This document shows, piece after piece, positions 29,525-43,630 of a stretch of DNA of 64,000 nt. The stretch covers positions 82,522,001 through 82,586,000 of the forward strand of contig OZ024742.1 of NCBI GenBank assembly GCA_964016885.1, written 5' to 3'. Both the position numbers and the translations under genes were made by a program. Under the pieces are notes generated by a model. The model did no database searches. It saw only the letters and a program-made list of their open reading frames with translations, and had not been told where the DNA came from. The stretch comes from Eledone cirrhosa (taxonomy: Eukaryota). The first letter of the stretch is position 1. The number at the start of each line of letters is the position of its first letter.

Positions 29525-30368
29525 TATATAAGTATGTATGTATACGTGCATACATATATGTATACAGACGTACAGTAGTATGTAAATATATACACACATA
29601 TATATATGTACGTATGGGTTTACCGAACATTTATTATAATTCCCGGTTTGTTTGTTTGTAAACAAACAAACAATCATTTGGCAGGAAGGTATATGATGCT
29701 GACGATAGCTAATAAGCTTGAAACTAGTACATCGTTCCTGCGTCATTGTTGAACAAAAAGGCGACGATGGTAGCCTGAACATATATATATATATGTGTGC
29801 ATGTATGTATACATACTACTATACGTCTGTATACATATATGTATGTACATATACATACATACTTACATATAAGTATCAGCCGTTCTAAGAGTGAGAAATG
29901 AAATTTCGTTTCATTCTTTTCCATTTATCGTTTTCGGTGCGCCCGGCCAACTAACTCACTCGATATGCAAATTAGGTTGCTCAGCCGTTAATATGCATAA
30001 GGAAAGTATGTACTTTCAGACGTTCATTCATCTGGCAGGAAGGTATACGATGCTGACGATAGCTAATAAGCTTGAAACTAGTACATCGTTCCTGTGTCAG
30101 TGTTGAACAAAAAGGTGACGATGGTTGCCTGAACACTATACGGCGTAATTCGGGCTGTTTGTTTGTTTACAAACAAACAAACCGAGCATTATAATAAATG
30201 TTCGGTAAACCCATACGTACATATATATATATATGTGTGCATGTATGTATATATATATATACTATACGTCTGTATACATATATGCACGTACGTAGACATA
30301 CATACTTACATTTAAGTATCAGCCGTACTAAGAGTGAGAAATGAAATTTCGTTTCATTCATTTCCATT

Positions 30369-30370
<2 letters not shown>
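29525..30370 (+). mobile_element. Family D: inverted leader plus tandem ~443-bp units with two HHRs
   Basis: gtgagaaatgaaatttcg at 29891 and 30334; HHR cores at 29699 and 30053; TA flanks. Confidence 0.85.
30048..30088 (+). ncRNA. Minimal type-I hammerhead (family D); second copy at 29694-29734
   Basis: cgatg-CTGACGA-tagct aata agctt-GAAA-CTAG-TA-catcg; GUA cleavage triplet. Confidence 0.88.
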
Positions 30371-30404
<34 letters not shown>

Positions 30405-30617
30405 TAAAAATTAATAAAAATAATGAATAAAAACAAAGAAACAGTTCCTGATATTAAAAAATTCTTATATTAAAAAATATATATTTATTTATAAAATTAA
30501 CCTATATTATATTTTATCTGATGAAAGCGCACCATAGTTTACATTGGTGGCCTTTGAAATATGTATAATGAAATAAATATGGTTTTATAAATATAGTTTC
30601 CATTTGTTAATATATTG

Positions 30618-30654
<37 letters not shown>

Positions 30655-30769
30655 TTGTATAAGAAAAGGGAAGTAACGTTCTATACAAAACATTGGTTAT
30701 AGAAAGGATGAAATTGGAAATAGCACGGAAAATACATTTTAGGGTGTGTTTTTCTCTTTATTCGTCAAA

Positions 30770-31109
30770 GTGACATTATTGGAGGCACGATTCTTTAAAA
30801 AAAAAAAAAGTTAAAGATTTAAAATTAAGAGGTGGTTTGTTTTGTATTATTTTCATCTTCCTTGCTGAGAAGGAGACTATCTTAGCTCAGTCTCCTTCTC
30901 AGTCTCCTTCTCAGCAAGGAAGATGAGAAAAAAACATACCTCTTAATTTTTAATTTTTACTTTTTAATTCTTATTACTTCTTTTTAATTGTAATACTCAA
31001 CATTTGATAAGAGGAAGTTTAATAATACATCGAAAACGATATATACTTTATATACATTACAAAATTCTTTTTTAAAAAAACGTCCCTCTCCTTTTTTCAA
31101 TAATGTCAC
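30770..31109. mobile_element. MITE-like fold-back element
   Basis: 12-bp TIR gtgacattattg/caataatgtcac; inner inverted repeats aaaattaagaggt/acctcttaatttt and a 25-bp hairpin at 30854-30926. Confidence 0.55.
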
Positions 31110-31161
31110 GGGCGGGTATATGTGTGTGTATGTGTGTATGTATATATCGGTATATATATAT

Positions 31162-31196
<35 letters not shown>

Positions 31197-31267
31197 AATA
31201 TAAATAAATATACACGGGTGTATATGATTTTGTATAGAAGATTATATTAATAAAAGGAATTCCAACT

Positions 31268-31612
31268 TTGTCTGATTTACTCGTTTCATTTACATTCGTT
31301 TAAAATGTATAATGATATTAGAATGAAATATTATGGTAGAATATTAAATGTTAAGTGTTAATTGAACAAGTTCTTTCATCCTTTCTAAATCTGCAGGTTC
31401 ACATTCTCTGGTGACAGTCAAGTTTGCAATTTTCAAATTTTCACAGTTGAAAATTGCAAACTTGACTTTCACCACAGAACATGACCTGAAGATTGCGAGA
31501 GCATGAAAGTACATGTTCAATTAATACTTAATATTTAATATTCTACCATACTATTTCATTCTAATACCATTATACATTTTAAAGTATTGTAAATAAAATG
31601 AGTAAATCAGAC

Positions 31613-31615
<3 letters not shown>
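31268..31615. mobile_element. Palindromic fold-back element (family K) with an HHR motif in each arm
   Basis: Arms at about 31268-31436 and 31447-31613; CTGAAGA-ttgc gaga gcat-GAAAGTAC at 31486-31512. Confidence 0.75.
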
Positions 31616-31677
<62 letters not shown>

Positions 31678-31844
31678 TATGTATACGTACATACATATAT
31701 GTATATAGACGTACAGTAGCATGTATATATATACATACATGCACACACATATATATATATGTACGTATATATATATACATGCTACTAAGAGTGGTTGAGA
31801 AATGAAATTTCGTTTCATTTTTTTTCCATTTATATATATATATG

Positions 31845-32715
31845 TGTAAGTTTAATTTTACTACTAATTACGTGCGGTTGATGGTATATTTGATCGGATT
31901 CTGCATGCTGCCGAAGTGTTTAATAAATAGTGGAACGGAGCTACCGCGAACTAGCTGCGATCAATTGTTTGTCGGAGATTTCCCCGTTAGAAAATTTATT
32001 CTTAAAGCTTGCTAGATTTGATTATGTATATGGTTAATTATGCTAATTAGAAGAAGAAATAGTATATATTTTAATATCGGATTGATTCTATAGACATGAT
32101 TTATGATATAATGCTCTGATTTTTTGATTTTAATTTATTAATTCTTCATTGAGCTTAAAAGTGAACAGTTGCAACACATATATATATCTTTGATTTAATT
32201 TAATTTAATTTTATGTATGTGATAACCTCTATATTTAATAATCTCCCTATTGGTTGAGATTAAATTTGGCTATATATGGCTGCGCTTTCTAGCAGCAAGC
32301 CTACCCGCCGTAAGCAACCAATCACACGCTTTCTCGCTGGCTGGTACACAGCTACATAGCGATCTTAGTCATTTTTGAATCTAAATTTGGCCCGGTCGGT
32401 TTGAGAAATTAAATGTCTGATTCTGAGTTTGTCTCCTGATGATTCCTAACTCAAGGCATTTCCATAATATTTGGATGTCCTAAATAAGGAAGAAACCATG
32501 GTAGAGATATAATTACGGTATGTGCGCATTTCTTCTAAGTTTAATTTTACTACTAATTACGTGCGGTTGATGGTATATTTGATCGGATTCTGCATGCTGC
32601 CGAAGTGTTTGATAAATAGTGGAACGGAGCTACCGCGAACTAGCTGCGATCAATTGTTTGTCGGAGATTTCCCCGTTAGAAAATTTATTCTTAAAGCTTG
32701 CTAGATTTGATTATG

Positions 32716-32718
<3 letters not shown>
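31845..32718 (+). mobile_element. Family C: ~690-bp unit with 180-bp terminal direct repeat, in (TA)n
   Basis: 31847-32028 is repeated almost exactly at 32537-32717; contains an HHR and CCAAT/ATTGG motifs. Confidence 0.85.
32431..32508 (+). ncRNA. Type-I hammerhead (family C)
   Basis: gtctc-CTGATGA-ttcct...aggaa-GAAA-CCATGG-TA-gagat; all core positions canonical. Confidence 0.88.
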
Positions 32719-32782
<64 letters not shown>

Positions 32783-32788
<6 letters not shown>

Positions 32789-33441
32789 ACGAAAAATCAG
32801 TGATGCATCTTAACTCAATTTATTGTGTTACAATTGTTTCGCCGGCGGACAGCTCGAGACACGATCATTGTGTGGATCTGTCTGATTCTCGATCTGCAGC
32901 TTCGACGGACACGTCTAATGATTTCGGAGCAAATTCCTTCACTGGGGTCTTAGCGTCAAACCATCCGCTTCGCTCGCCGTGTTATTGGCTGCTGCTTTTC
33001 TACGTCATCGTAAATCTGACCAACAGGATGCGAATTCTACTGACCATCAGCTGTTCCCTTCTGCCACACTTCGATGAATTACTACTGGGCTTGGTAGTTC
33101 ACACATCCACGCGCGCACTCACACACACATATACATACACACGCACACGCACACACACACAATCACATAGATGACAACATCCGTACGCATAGACACCCGC
33201 TATACATACACACACTTAAGGAGAACAAATAAAAAAAAACATAGACAAATGCATACACAGACACCTGCCTACATGCAGGCACAGATACAGACTCGCTCAC
33301 AAACACACACGCACACACACACACACACACATACACACACACACATATATATATATATATATTTTTATATATATATAGAAAAGATGAATATAAAATGAAA
33401 GTGCTTATATATATATATATATGTATGTGTATATATATGTT

Positions 33442-33511
<70 letters not shown>

Positions 33512-33876
33512 AAAGTTTCATTTAAAATTGTTGGGTTACAACAAGTAAATATTTTATAACTGATATAAAGCACTCGACAAGTTTTTGGAGTAGATATACG
33601 ATATTAAACAAATGGAAACTATATTTATAAAACCATATTTATTTCATTATACATATTTCGGGGATACCATATTAAAAATACCATATTAAAAATACCAAAC
33701 CAGCTTCCTACATAATGGTCGCTCATATTTATGGTACGTCAAAATTATTTATAAAACTGTTTATATATTGTATTTTATCTGACGAAGGCATGCCGTATTT
33801 TTAATATGGTATCCTCGAAACATGTATAATGAAATAAATATGGTTTTATAAATATAGTTTCTATTTGTTTAATATC

Positions 33877-33937
<61 letters not shown>

Positions 33938-34009
33938 CATATATATACACATACATATATATATATATATATACACACACTATAAGCCCTTTCGCTACAT
34001 TGGGTGCTT

Positions 34010-34049
<40 letters not shown>

Positions 34050-34689
34050 GCTTATATACACTCTTACAAATATGCGCATATTTCTCTCTGCTCTCCTACT
34101 ACTTCCATACCCTGATGACTATATATGCCCTGTGGGGAAAACCGAAATAACCCGCTATGCATACCCGACTCTGCACGTCACCTTATGCAAGAATATCGCC
34201 TGAGCGGGGCAGGTTGACCCGGATTCCACTGGTTTCAGTCATATGCATTACACCTATAAGACAATATACCTCAACCACAGTGACATACTCCAGTTTGGCC
34301 GGTCCAAGCACCTCCCATGCATGTACTTCTTTCCAATAGAGAGTCCATATGCTCCACGTATTCCAGCTTATAACACATATTATATGTTCTGTATATCTCA
34401 TGCTTCTCCTGTCTACTATCTCATACGCATACACGTTCCTCATTCTTCTTTTTTATATATCTCTATGTGACGTTATATCTATGCTTTTAATATATTGCAC
34501 GTTTATTTTATATATGTGTATATACGTATGTGTATATACAGATGTATATATATATATGTGTGTAGATATATGTGTGTGTATATATGTATGTGCATGTTTA
34601 TATATGTGCATGCTTATAACAAGATGCATCATTTCATGTATGATCCATTGTGTATCTTTATATGACTTTGTGTACATATCCTATTTGTG

Positions 34690-34720
<31 letters not shown>

Positions 34721-34881
34721 CTTTGTAGGCGTGCGTGGGCCTGTATGTGAATATGTGCATATTTGTAAGATTGTATATGAGCCAGTGTGTGTGTGTGTGT
34801 ACAAGCACCCAATGTAGCGAAAGGGCTTGTTTATGTGTGTGTATATATATATATATATGTGTGTATATATATGTGTGAATG

Positions 34882-34920
<39 letters not shown>

Positions 34921-35008
34921 GTATATATGTATAGATATATATGTGTGTGTGTGTGTGTGTATGTATGTGGGTATATATATATATATATATATATGAGTGT
35001 GTGTGTGT

Positions 35009-35045
<37 letters not shown>

Positions 35046-35552
35046 TGAGCGAGTCTGTATCTGTGCCTGCGTGTAGGCAGGCGTCTGTGTATGCATTTGT
35101 CTAAGGTTTTTTTTTAAATGTTCTCCTTAAGCGTGTGTATAGCGGGAGTGTATGCGTATGCGTATGCGTACGGATGTTGTCATATATGTGATTGTGTGTG
35201 TGCGTGTATGTGTATATGTGTGTGTGAGGGTGAACTACCAAACCCAGTAGTAATTAATCGAAGTGTGGCAGAAGGGAACAGCTGATAGTTAGTAGAACTC
35301 ACACCTTTTGGTCAGATTTACGATGACGTAGAAAAGCAGCAGCCAATAACATGACGCGCAAAGAGGATGTTTTTGAAGCTAACACCCCAGTGAAGGAATA
35401 TGCTCCGAAATCATTAGACTTGTCCGTCGAAGCAGCAGATCCAGAATGAGACAGATCCACACAATGATCGTGTCTCTAGCTCTCCGCCGGCGAAACAATT
35501 GTAACTCACAATAAATTGAGTTCAGATGCATCAATGATTTCTCGTTTTATAT
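32783..35552. mobile_element. Family F: 2.8-kb element with long inverted arms and a nested family E fold-back
   Basis: 32783-33350 pairs with 34990-35552 and 33975-34080 with 34750-34830 as reverse complements. Family E pair at 33597-33880 lies inside a TA run. Confidence 0.82.
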
Positions 35553-35629
35553 TATATCATAATCTGGTCTGTAAGAGCAAAGAGTTTTCAACCGGCATAC
35601 CGCCTATGGAAGTACCTTAGCTATCATCA

Positions 35630-35928
<299 letters not shown>

Positions 35929-36339
35929 TTATACAGAACTTGATAAAGTAAAGTAATCTCCAGTTTACGTCAGTTAAACAAAGTTAAACAAAGACTTGTG
36001 GAGATATATATCAAATGGAATTCATCGGAAACAATGAAGTAGATTTTCCCATTATTTGATATTTACCAAGGAACTTTCTTCGTACTGAAAATAATATATA
36101 TTTGAACGTATTATCAGTACACGATGTAGTAGTAGTACATGGCATATTATTATCGATTAACTAGCATTCAGCTAAACGTGTTTACGTAAATCCATTAATT
36201 TATATATCTCTATATACTGTATATATAATTTATACATCTCTATATACTGTGTGTATATATATATATATATCACTCTTATGGAAACCTGAAGTGTTAAAGT
36301 AACATATATGGCGCATACTGGTATGTACTGTGCTAGCCG

Positions 36340-36408
36340 ATCAACTTACGAACAAATCAACTAACGAATGACCTCTTGGAACGTAACTCGTTCGTAAGTT
36401 GGGGACTT
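36340..36408 (+). mobile_element. Tc1/mariner (Tigger/pogo-like) terminal fragment
   Basis: caacttacgaac...aacgtaactcgttcgtaagttggggact resembles Tigger-type termini (recalled, not searched). Confidence 0.45.
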
Positions 36409-36969
36409 AATGTGGAAGGGTAATGCATACAGCACTTGCAAGTTCCATTTCCACAGGTGGCCCTGTCCACGTTTTACCTCTGCACGGGTTTAATGCTCAA
36501 ATTGTTCGATATTTTTATAATTAAACCAGTGTTGAGCAGCCTACAATAAGATAACATAATTTCAAAATTGACATTTGCTCAAGGCTTCGGAAAATAATTG
36601 CTTCTTTGTTAATATATTCATATATACATCCTTACATGCTTTCATATATACATACATGCATACAAGCATCTATCCATCCATCCATACATACATATATATG
36701 TATGTACATGCATACATACATATATATAAAGAGAGAGGGAGATGGGGAGAGAGGGGGAGGTAGATGGAGAGAGGGAGAGAGAGGGGAGGAGGAGGAAGAG
36801 AAAGATTAATGGATGTTATCTAAAACGTCATTGAGAGAGAGAATGAGAGAATGGGCGTGTGTGTATGTCGGTGTGTGTGTGTGTGTGTGTCTTTCTCTCT
36901 CTCGTATATATGTATATGTATCTCTCCCCCCCCCCTCTCTCTGTCTGTAAGAAGGGACTTTACCAAAAT

Positions 36970-37370
36970 GATTAAAGAATGCAATGAAAGAATTTAAAAA
37001 AATCCATGAAACAGAACGCTAGAATGAGAGAGAGAAAGAGAGAAAGGAAAAGAAAGAGTGTCTGGAGAGAGATAAAGTGAGAGGGAGAGGGTGAGTGGGA
37101 GAGAGTGTGTGGAAATAGATAAAGTGAGAGATAAAGAGAGATATGGAGAGAGTGAGTGTTGAAAGAGAGAGATGGAGAAAGTGAGAGTGTGTGTAAAGAG
37201 AGAGAGTTGTAGTGAGAGAGAGAGAGTGTAGATAGAGAGGGAGAATAGGAGGAAAGAAAGGGGAGAGAGGGAGAATAGGAAGAAAGAAAGGGGATAGAGG
37301 GAGAGAGAAACATGAAGCGAGTGAGAGTGAGTGTGAGAGAGAAAGTGAGAGATTGAGAGCTAGAGAGAGA
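36970..37370. repeat. GA-rich low-complexity tract
   Basis: Degenerate (GA)n. Confidence 0.85.
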
Positions 37371-38061
37371 GTATGTTATATACAACAATTTTATGAAATC
37401 GTTTCAATTAATCTGTACATACATAGTTTGAGCCAGGCCGGTTTTCTAAATCGAATGAATACAGTGCCAGAGACTGGTATATCTCTGTATGTTTATCTTT
37501 CTATTTATTTTGTTTCTCTTTCCCTTCCACACTCGCTATTTCTTCTTGTTTATCCAGCTATCGCCTGCCTAAAAGTTGCCGCTGCTGCTAATCTCACTGC
37601 CACTTTCTTATAACCTACTACTGCTGCTGTTCAATTCAGATACAGGACAGGTTCTTTTCTTGCTTAACAGGGCTTGGAGTCGACGTTAACCATGATCTCT
37701 AGTTCCCTAGTCCAGCATCAGAACAACCGATTTCAGTCCTGTTGCACGGGTATGACTTCTATACAGTGTGCTTCCTTTCCTACGAGAAACTCTTAGTCTT
37801 CTTGGCGCAAAAGTTCTATCCCTGATCAGTTTAATTTCGGCGATCTTGTTCCCGCGTTTCTCTTTTCCTCTCCTCTCATTTCCCCGTCCCTCTATATATA
37901 ACCCTCTCATTTTTCATCTCATGCTTTACAATTTCTTTTTTCTTTTCTCTCACACTTTCCGTTCGATGTGAAATTATAATTTAACCCGATTTTCACTCTA
38001 CGTATTGTATCCAGTTGTTTACGGCTACTCTTCTTGCTGAGAACACTACAATTTTACGAAA

Positions 38062-38108
<47 letters not shown>

Positions 38109-38624
38109 GATTCTGGAATAGGTTTTCCTCAATCTAAGACCTATTTATTTTTGTTTATATGTTTGTTTGTCTTTTTCTCAGAGTTTGGAAAAATAACGTC
38201 AATCGTCATAGACAGAAAGAAGCACATAACGAAAGGGAAGAAAGTGACCCCCCCCCCCCTACATTTCAATCAAAATATTACCGTTCCTCTCCTCTATCAG
38301 CAATTACAATTGAGAAGAGCAAGATAGTGAAGAAAGTGAGCGACACGTGTTTTAATTGATGGAAATGTTGCCAAACATTACATGGGCAAAGCTGTAATAT
38401 TGTTTGCCTGTTTATTTCCGTTATATTAGTTGTTGATTCTGAAAGATAACTGAAAGTTAAATAAGTGAGTACTCATTCTATGAAACTTTGGCTTAAACCT
38501 TATCTCTTGGGGATTATTTAGGAAACATATGTAAAAATTAATACAGTAAGCCCTTATGCAACAATATTTGACTCGTCTTAACATTAACAAGAGAAAAATT
38601 ATAATAATTTTAGATAATATATAT

Positions 38625-39490
38625 TCACTTTGGAAGCTGCAAGTCTATATTGTTACTGAAGATTAGATCTTCAATTGGAAGACAGGCTGATAAAGTTATG
38701 GCAAAACAGCTACAAATGGAGAAATTAAGTGAAGAGCGCCGGTCAGAAAGACTCCAAAATAAAGTAAAACGGGAGCGAAATGAATGAGGAGAACAAAGAT
38801 CAAATATACATGCTGATGATAGGAAAAGGAAAGCAACTATTGGACAAAGCGAATCAGATAAATGAAAGTCATTCAAGACAGCCATATGAGAGAATTAGAT
38901 CCGCTGAATGAAGAAACTGAATGTCCAACAACTCAAGGGCTAAGTGTACAGTGAGAAAAACAGAAGATTTACGATTTAAAAACATTATCAAGTGGAATTT
39001 ATTTAGTTAAAATCCACATCTGATCTATACATCAGAACCATTAATTCAAATTTCATGAATTAACATGTTTTATATAAATTATGACGCTAAAAAATAGAAA
39101 TAACTGGATTGTGCTGTGCAAATGGTTACCTGTGTTAAGAAAACTGCTAATTGGTACAAATACTAAATCAAAATATTTTCTTCAAAATATTCAAATGTAA
39201 AATAAATAATTTCAAATGACAAAGATCCTTAGAATTCAACAACTTCAGCCATATTCAGAAGAAGGAGCAAATATTTTCAACTGTATTTCATCAGTTATAT
39301 GAAAATCGCGGCACAGACAAGACAGGAAAGGCAGAAAGAAACAGAGTATGAAATCATATTGCAACGTTGTATAAAATAAACAGCTAATTTTTAAGTTTCA
39401 AATATGCCGTCAAAAACGAACCCCTAATAGAAAACAAATTACTGATAAATGCTAACATTAGACCACCAGGAGAGCATTGACGCCGCATTG
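38625..39490 (+). pseudogene. Helitron Rep-helicase N-terminal relic
   Basis: Fragments in the expected order: R/E-rich ERRSERLQ, GLCCANG (39106), LRKLLIG..SKYFLQNIQM*NK*FQMT, QLYFIS, SFKYA, LLINANIRPPGEH*RR. Confidence 0.7.
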
Positions 39491-39832
39491 ATACACTTGA
39501 ATGTAATGAACTTTGTATTGAAATATGTGGAGAAGAGCATGATAAACGTGACATAATCCTCCAGGGGGGAAATAATTAATTACTCCTACTATTTTATGGT
39601 TCATCATGACAATTTCAATTCCATCAACTGAATGCAAGATTTGTTCCCTCGATATGCTGAAATTGGTCAATATGATTGATGTCATCACAAAAAGACATAT
39701 CTTTGGACAATTCAGATGATGTATGTATTCTCTCGAATGGCATAAATGTGGATTACCTCATGCGCAATTTCTAATTTGTTTACATAAAAATTCACTCTGG
39801 TCAACTTGAAGACAACAATTATCCGTCTTGCA

Positions 39833-39867
<35 letters not shown>

Positions 39868-40709
39868 AATTGCATACTGTAACAGCCTACCTAACTCTGA
39901 ACTATGCATGGAAACCAAGTCAATATTTTGCCTCCCATATTTTCTGATATCGCATGTACTGATTTAAAAAGATATATGAAAAACATTTGAGGATGTTTTC
40001 ATGATTTTGAAGGATGCTAAATAATATGTATGTATGTGTAAGAATGTGTACCCGATCCCTTGCTGAATGTAGTTATGTGATGCGATAAATAGTAAGATAA
40101 ATAGTAAGTAGGATTGACGCATCTACATACCGCGAGGCATTTGTCTGCAGCTCACTGCACACACAAGTTTACACTATATTGATAAATGAATATATCCTTC
40201 TCTCACAATTATATTCACATTTCCTGAAATCGAATTTTCTCTTCTCCTCACATACTGTATTTATTAGAAATAGGTTTGTGGAGAACAAATTCATCAGAAT
40301 GATACTTTCACATTGTTCTCTTTCTCTACTTTCTTTTATGATCGTCTTCTTTCTCTACATTATTGTGATTATTATCAATTTTTTCAAGTATTTGTTTCAA
40401 TAAACATACAAAAAAAATGTGTCCAATTGCAAGACATTGAATATTTGATTCGGTGAATTGGTATTTCAAATTACATATATGAATTGTATGTGTGAATAAC
40501 AAATCGTATGTGCTATGAGTAGCATTGTTGTGAATAAAATGTGTATTTGTATCTGGAATGATATAAAATTTGATACAATTAAAAAAAGATAATACTGATG
40601 TATACATATGCAGGAAGTTATCATTATTTTTTTGTGGTAAAAGAAAAATACCAACAAATTCTTTGAAAGTATATCATCAGTAAACAGTATACCAAATATT
40701 GACTAATAA

Positions 40710-40868
40710 TTGTTTCTACTTTAGGCACAAGGCCAGCAATTACCCATTGCATTACTGGTACTTTATTTTATCGACCCCGTAAGGATGAAAGGCAAAGTAA
40801 ACCTCGGCCGGATTTGAACTATGCCCGAAAGCATGGCGCCCGACTCTCTACCGATACTGCCAATCCAC
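40710..40868 (-). mobile_element. tRNA-derived SINE with target-site duplication
   Basis: Reverse complement of the SINE consensus; ttgactaataat at 40699-40710 and 40874-40885. Confidence 0.88.
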
Positions 40869-41629
40869 AAATGTTGACTAATAATGTGTGAAATTTACGA
40901 TAACTCAACTGACCAGATAAGAAAACAACCTTAAATATTTGCTAAAATTAAGTTTTGGAAACGCATTTAAAATCACTATTGATGGATTCTAAATTTGTTT
41001 AACTATTTTTTAATTAAAATTATTCTAAAACATAATACTTTCAAAAGACTATATAATGAAAGTTTTTTTATAAAACCTTGTTCAATGGAAGTTGATTCGA
41101 CAATGACCATTTCGATAGAATTCGTTTTCACAGAAATTCCTGTTGATAACATAGCGTTTTAATAAGTGGATCAATGAAAAAACGTTCGATAATACGACGT
41201 TGCGTTGAAAATGTTTCTCCTTTTCTTTTACGGAAAACAACCATTGCTTTGTATAACTTCATATTCACTCACCAGATATTGTTCGGACTGCTAGATTTAA
41301 AAAACAAACGCTGTTTACTCAACCTCCAATGGGCGTAATTATTTCTATCTTGAGGACGCTATATGTGTCAGGCACTTATGGAATTACGGAAGGAAAATAA
41401 AAGGCAGGTTGAATAAATTGTGGATTTCATATGATATTTACAACTCTTCCGTCATACTTCTTTTATATAGTAATACCAACCATCATAACGTAGGAATACA
41501 GCCTTTCCTATATTATTTTAATAAATGTCAGACTCACCAATTGACAAACTTGCTATCAGACACATGGAATCCAATTTCACCAGGCAACATTGGAAATATC
41601 TAAACTATCTAAGACTGGACGGAAATATT

Positions 41630-42900
41630 GTTATGATAAAGCCGGCAACGGACCCGCTGCGGTGATTTACGATAAAAAAAAATACGACACAATGTCCAGA
41701 ATACAAAGCTCAAAAGATAATGAAATAGTTTACTACATTTTGTAACTGATAAGGATGTAGACTTACTAATATTATACGGACTACCTAACATACACATGTA
41801 TAAGCTAATCACTTACACGTGCAAAAAGACAAAAATCTATTGTGTGAATATACGCTCAACAATTGATTTAAAACCAAGACCAGTTACAATAGGCCGGACA
41901 CATCACCGAAGTAATATACTAGACACCTCACTGAAGCTCCTCGTCAAACAACTGTGTAGCTTCATACGAGATTATCTAGATATGTTCGATCATCAACCAA
42001 ATAGCGTAAAAGAAAACACCTATATTGTCTCGTTGCATGTTTGTTGTGAACCCACGCAGCTACATCCACACGACTGGAGAATCGAGGTTATTAGACACTG
42101 GATATAGTCATAATTTGTTTAGCTACAAACCCATATTGACAGAAATTCATTATAGATGGTCTTCATTTTATTTTGAAAAAAAAACAATAATTATTTGGTG
42201 CTTGACGAAAAGGCTACTGACAAAATCAGATCAGCAATAAGGGAAAATGTTGCGCCAACATTCGCCACCTACGTTTGAGACAACGTGAATTACGTGCTAT
42301 CTTAGAAGTATTCCCAAATCTCATCAATAATGTGAACCGAAACATTCCCTTCACGACATACTTCCCCGATTCGACATACCAATAGAAATCTGTAGTTTTA
42401 TTCTCTGTGTATGTGCTGAATGCATACGATGTCTGACAGACATTTCCATCAGACTCGTTGGCTGGACTTGATCACAGGTAATATGATATGATTGCTGAAA
42501 CCTTGTATATCTTCTAAACTTTATTAAAGTTCATTCGAAATTACAAACCTCTCAGTGGCTATATATTTCAGATGAAAATGGATGAACATCACATTTAACT
42601 TATTTTCAAATGCCTATGTAAAAAGGAATTCATTTATTCCACACTACGGTTTCCCAATAATAGAACACTTTTACATACTTTCATCCATCACACAACGTTA
42701 CAAAAATCCCAGTTAACTTACCAAAGCCTACATGCTAAATAATCTCAAATCCAACAACCAGAGAGCACAGAAAAGTCTAGATAAAAAAAATATTCACGAA
42801 GAATTCTGCTAAATTGTAACCAATAACAGTATTCAAAATGCTGAAGAAATTATCTTCCTGAGAGACAAAAGCAAGAAGATAATGGATATAAAATATAATT
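41630..42900 (+). pseudogene. Heavily decayed PLE reverse transcriptase (third lineage)
   Basis: LYGLPNIH (41772), LKPRPV, LDTSLKLLVKQLCSFIRDYLDMF, NVAPTFA. Confidence 0.65.
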
Positions 42901-42935
42901 TAAAATTGAATATATACACACAGAACTAAACCATA

Positions 42936-43630
42936 TTCTTCTTCTTCTTCTTCTTCTTCATCTTCTTCTTCTTCTTCTTCTCACATCACCCACTTATTCC
43001 CGAGAGTGCTGTGAGGGCAAAGCGAGACCAGCCAACCTCATGAATGTTATCCAACACTCTTGCTAGGGGTCTATTACTGTTGGTTTTTGTCCGTATAATC
43101 TCTCCAACGATTCTTTCCTATGGCATACTAACTACATATCCATATTATCTTTCAATTCGAAGACTTAGCGACTCTAACTGGAGTGACAATCTGATCTCCG
43201 AGTTACCATCCTATCGAGTCACGTACTCCAAAGAGCCTTTGGAGGGACCCCATTTCGGCCGCTTTTATTCGCGATCATATTTTTCGGTCATTACCGAAGA
43301 TCCATGACCATATGGTAAGAGTTGGTTGGAATATCGAATTGAAGTTAGCCAGATTGGCTTTTTCACCTACTTCCTTTCTTCTGATTACCGAATGCTGAAG
43401 CTGGTATATTACCGATTTTCATTCCAGCCATGCAGCACTCGGCATCAAACCTATCGAGTTCAAGTCGAAGATCATCTTCTGTCGAGTTAAGAAGTAACAC
43501 CAGGTCGTCTGCAATTCCAGCCGACTGGTTTTTACACACGCCAGGCATGATATCACTTCCAACCCGGCTACACATGTCAGTCCTGTTCATATAAATATTG
43601 AACAGGAGAGATGACGGTAGGCACCCTGTT
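42936..43630 (-). mobile_element. RTE-like LINE 3' fragment with (GAA)n tail
   Basis: GCLPSSLLFNIYM, ADDLVLL, LDRFDAEC..AGMKI; (CTT)n at 42936-42980 on the plus strand. Confidence 0.7.
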
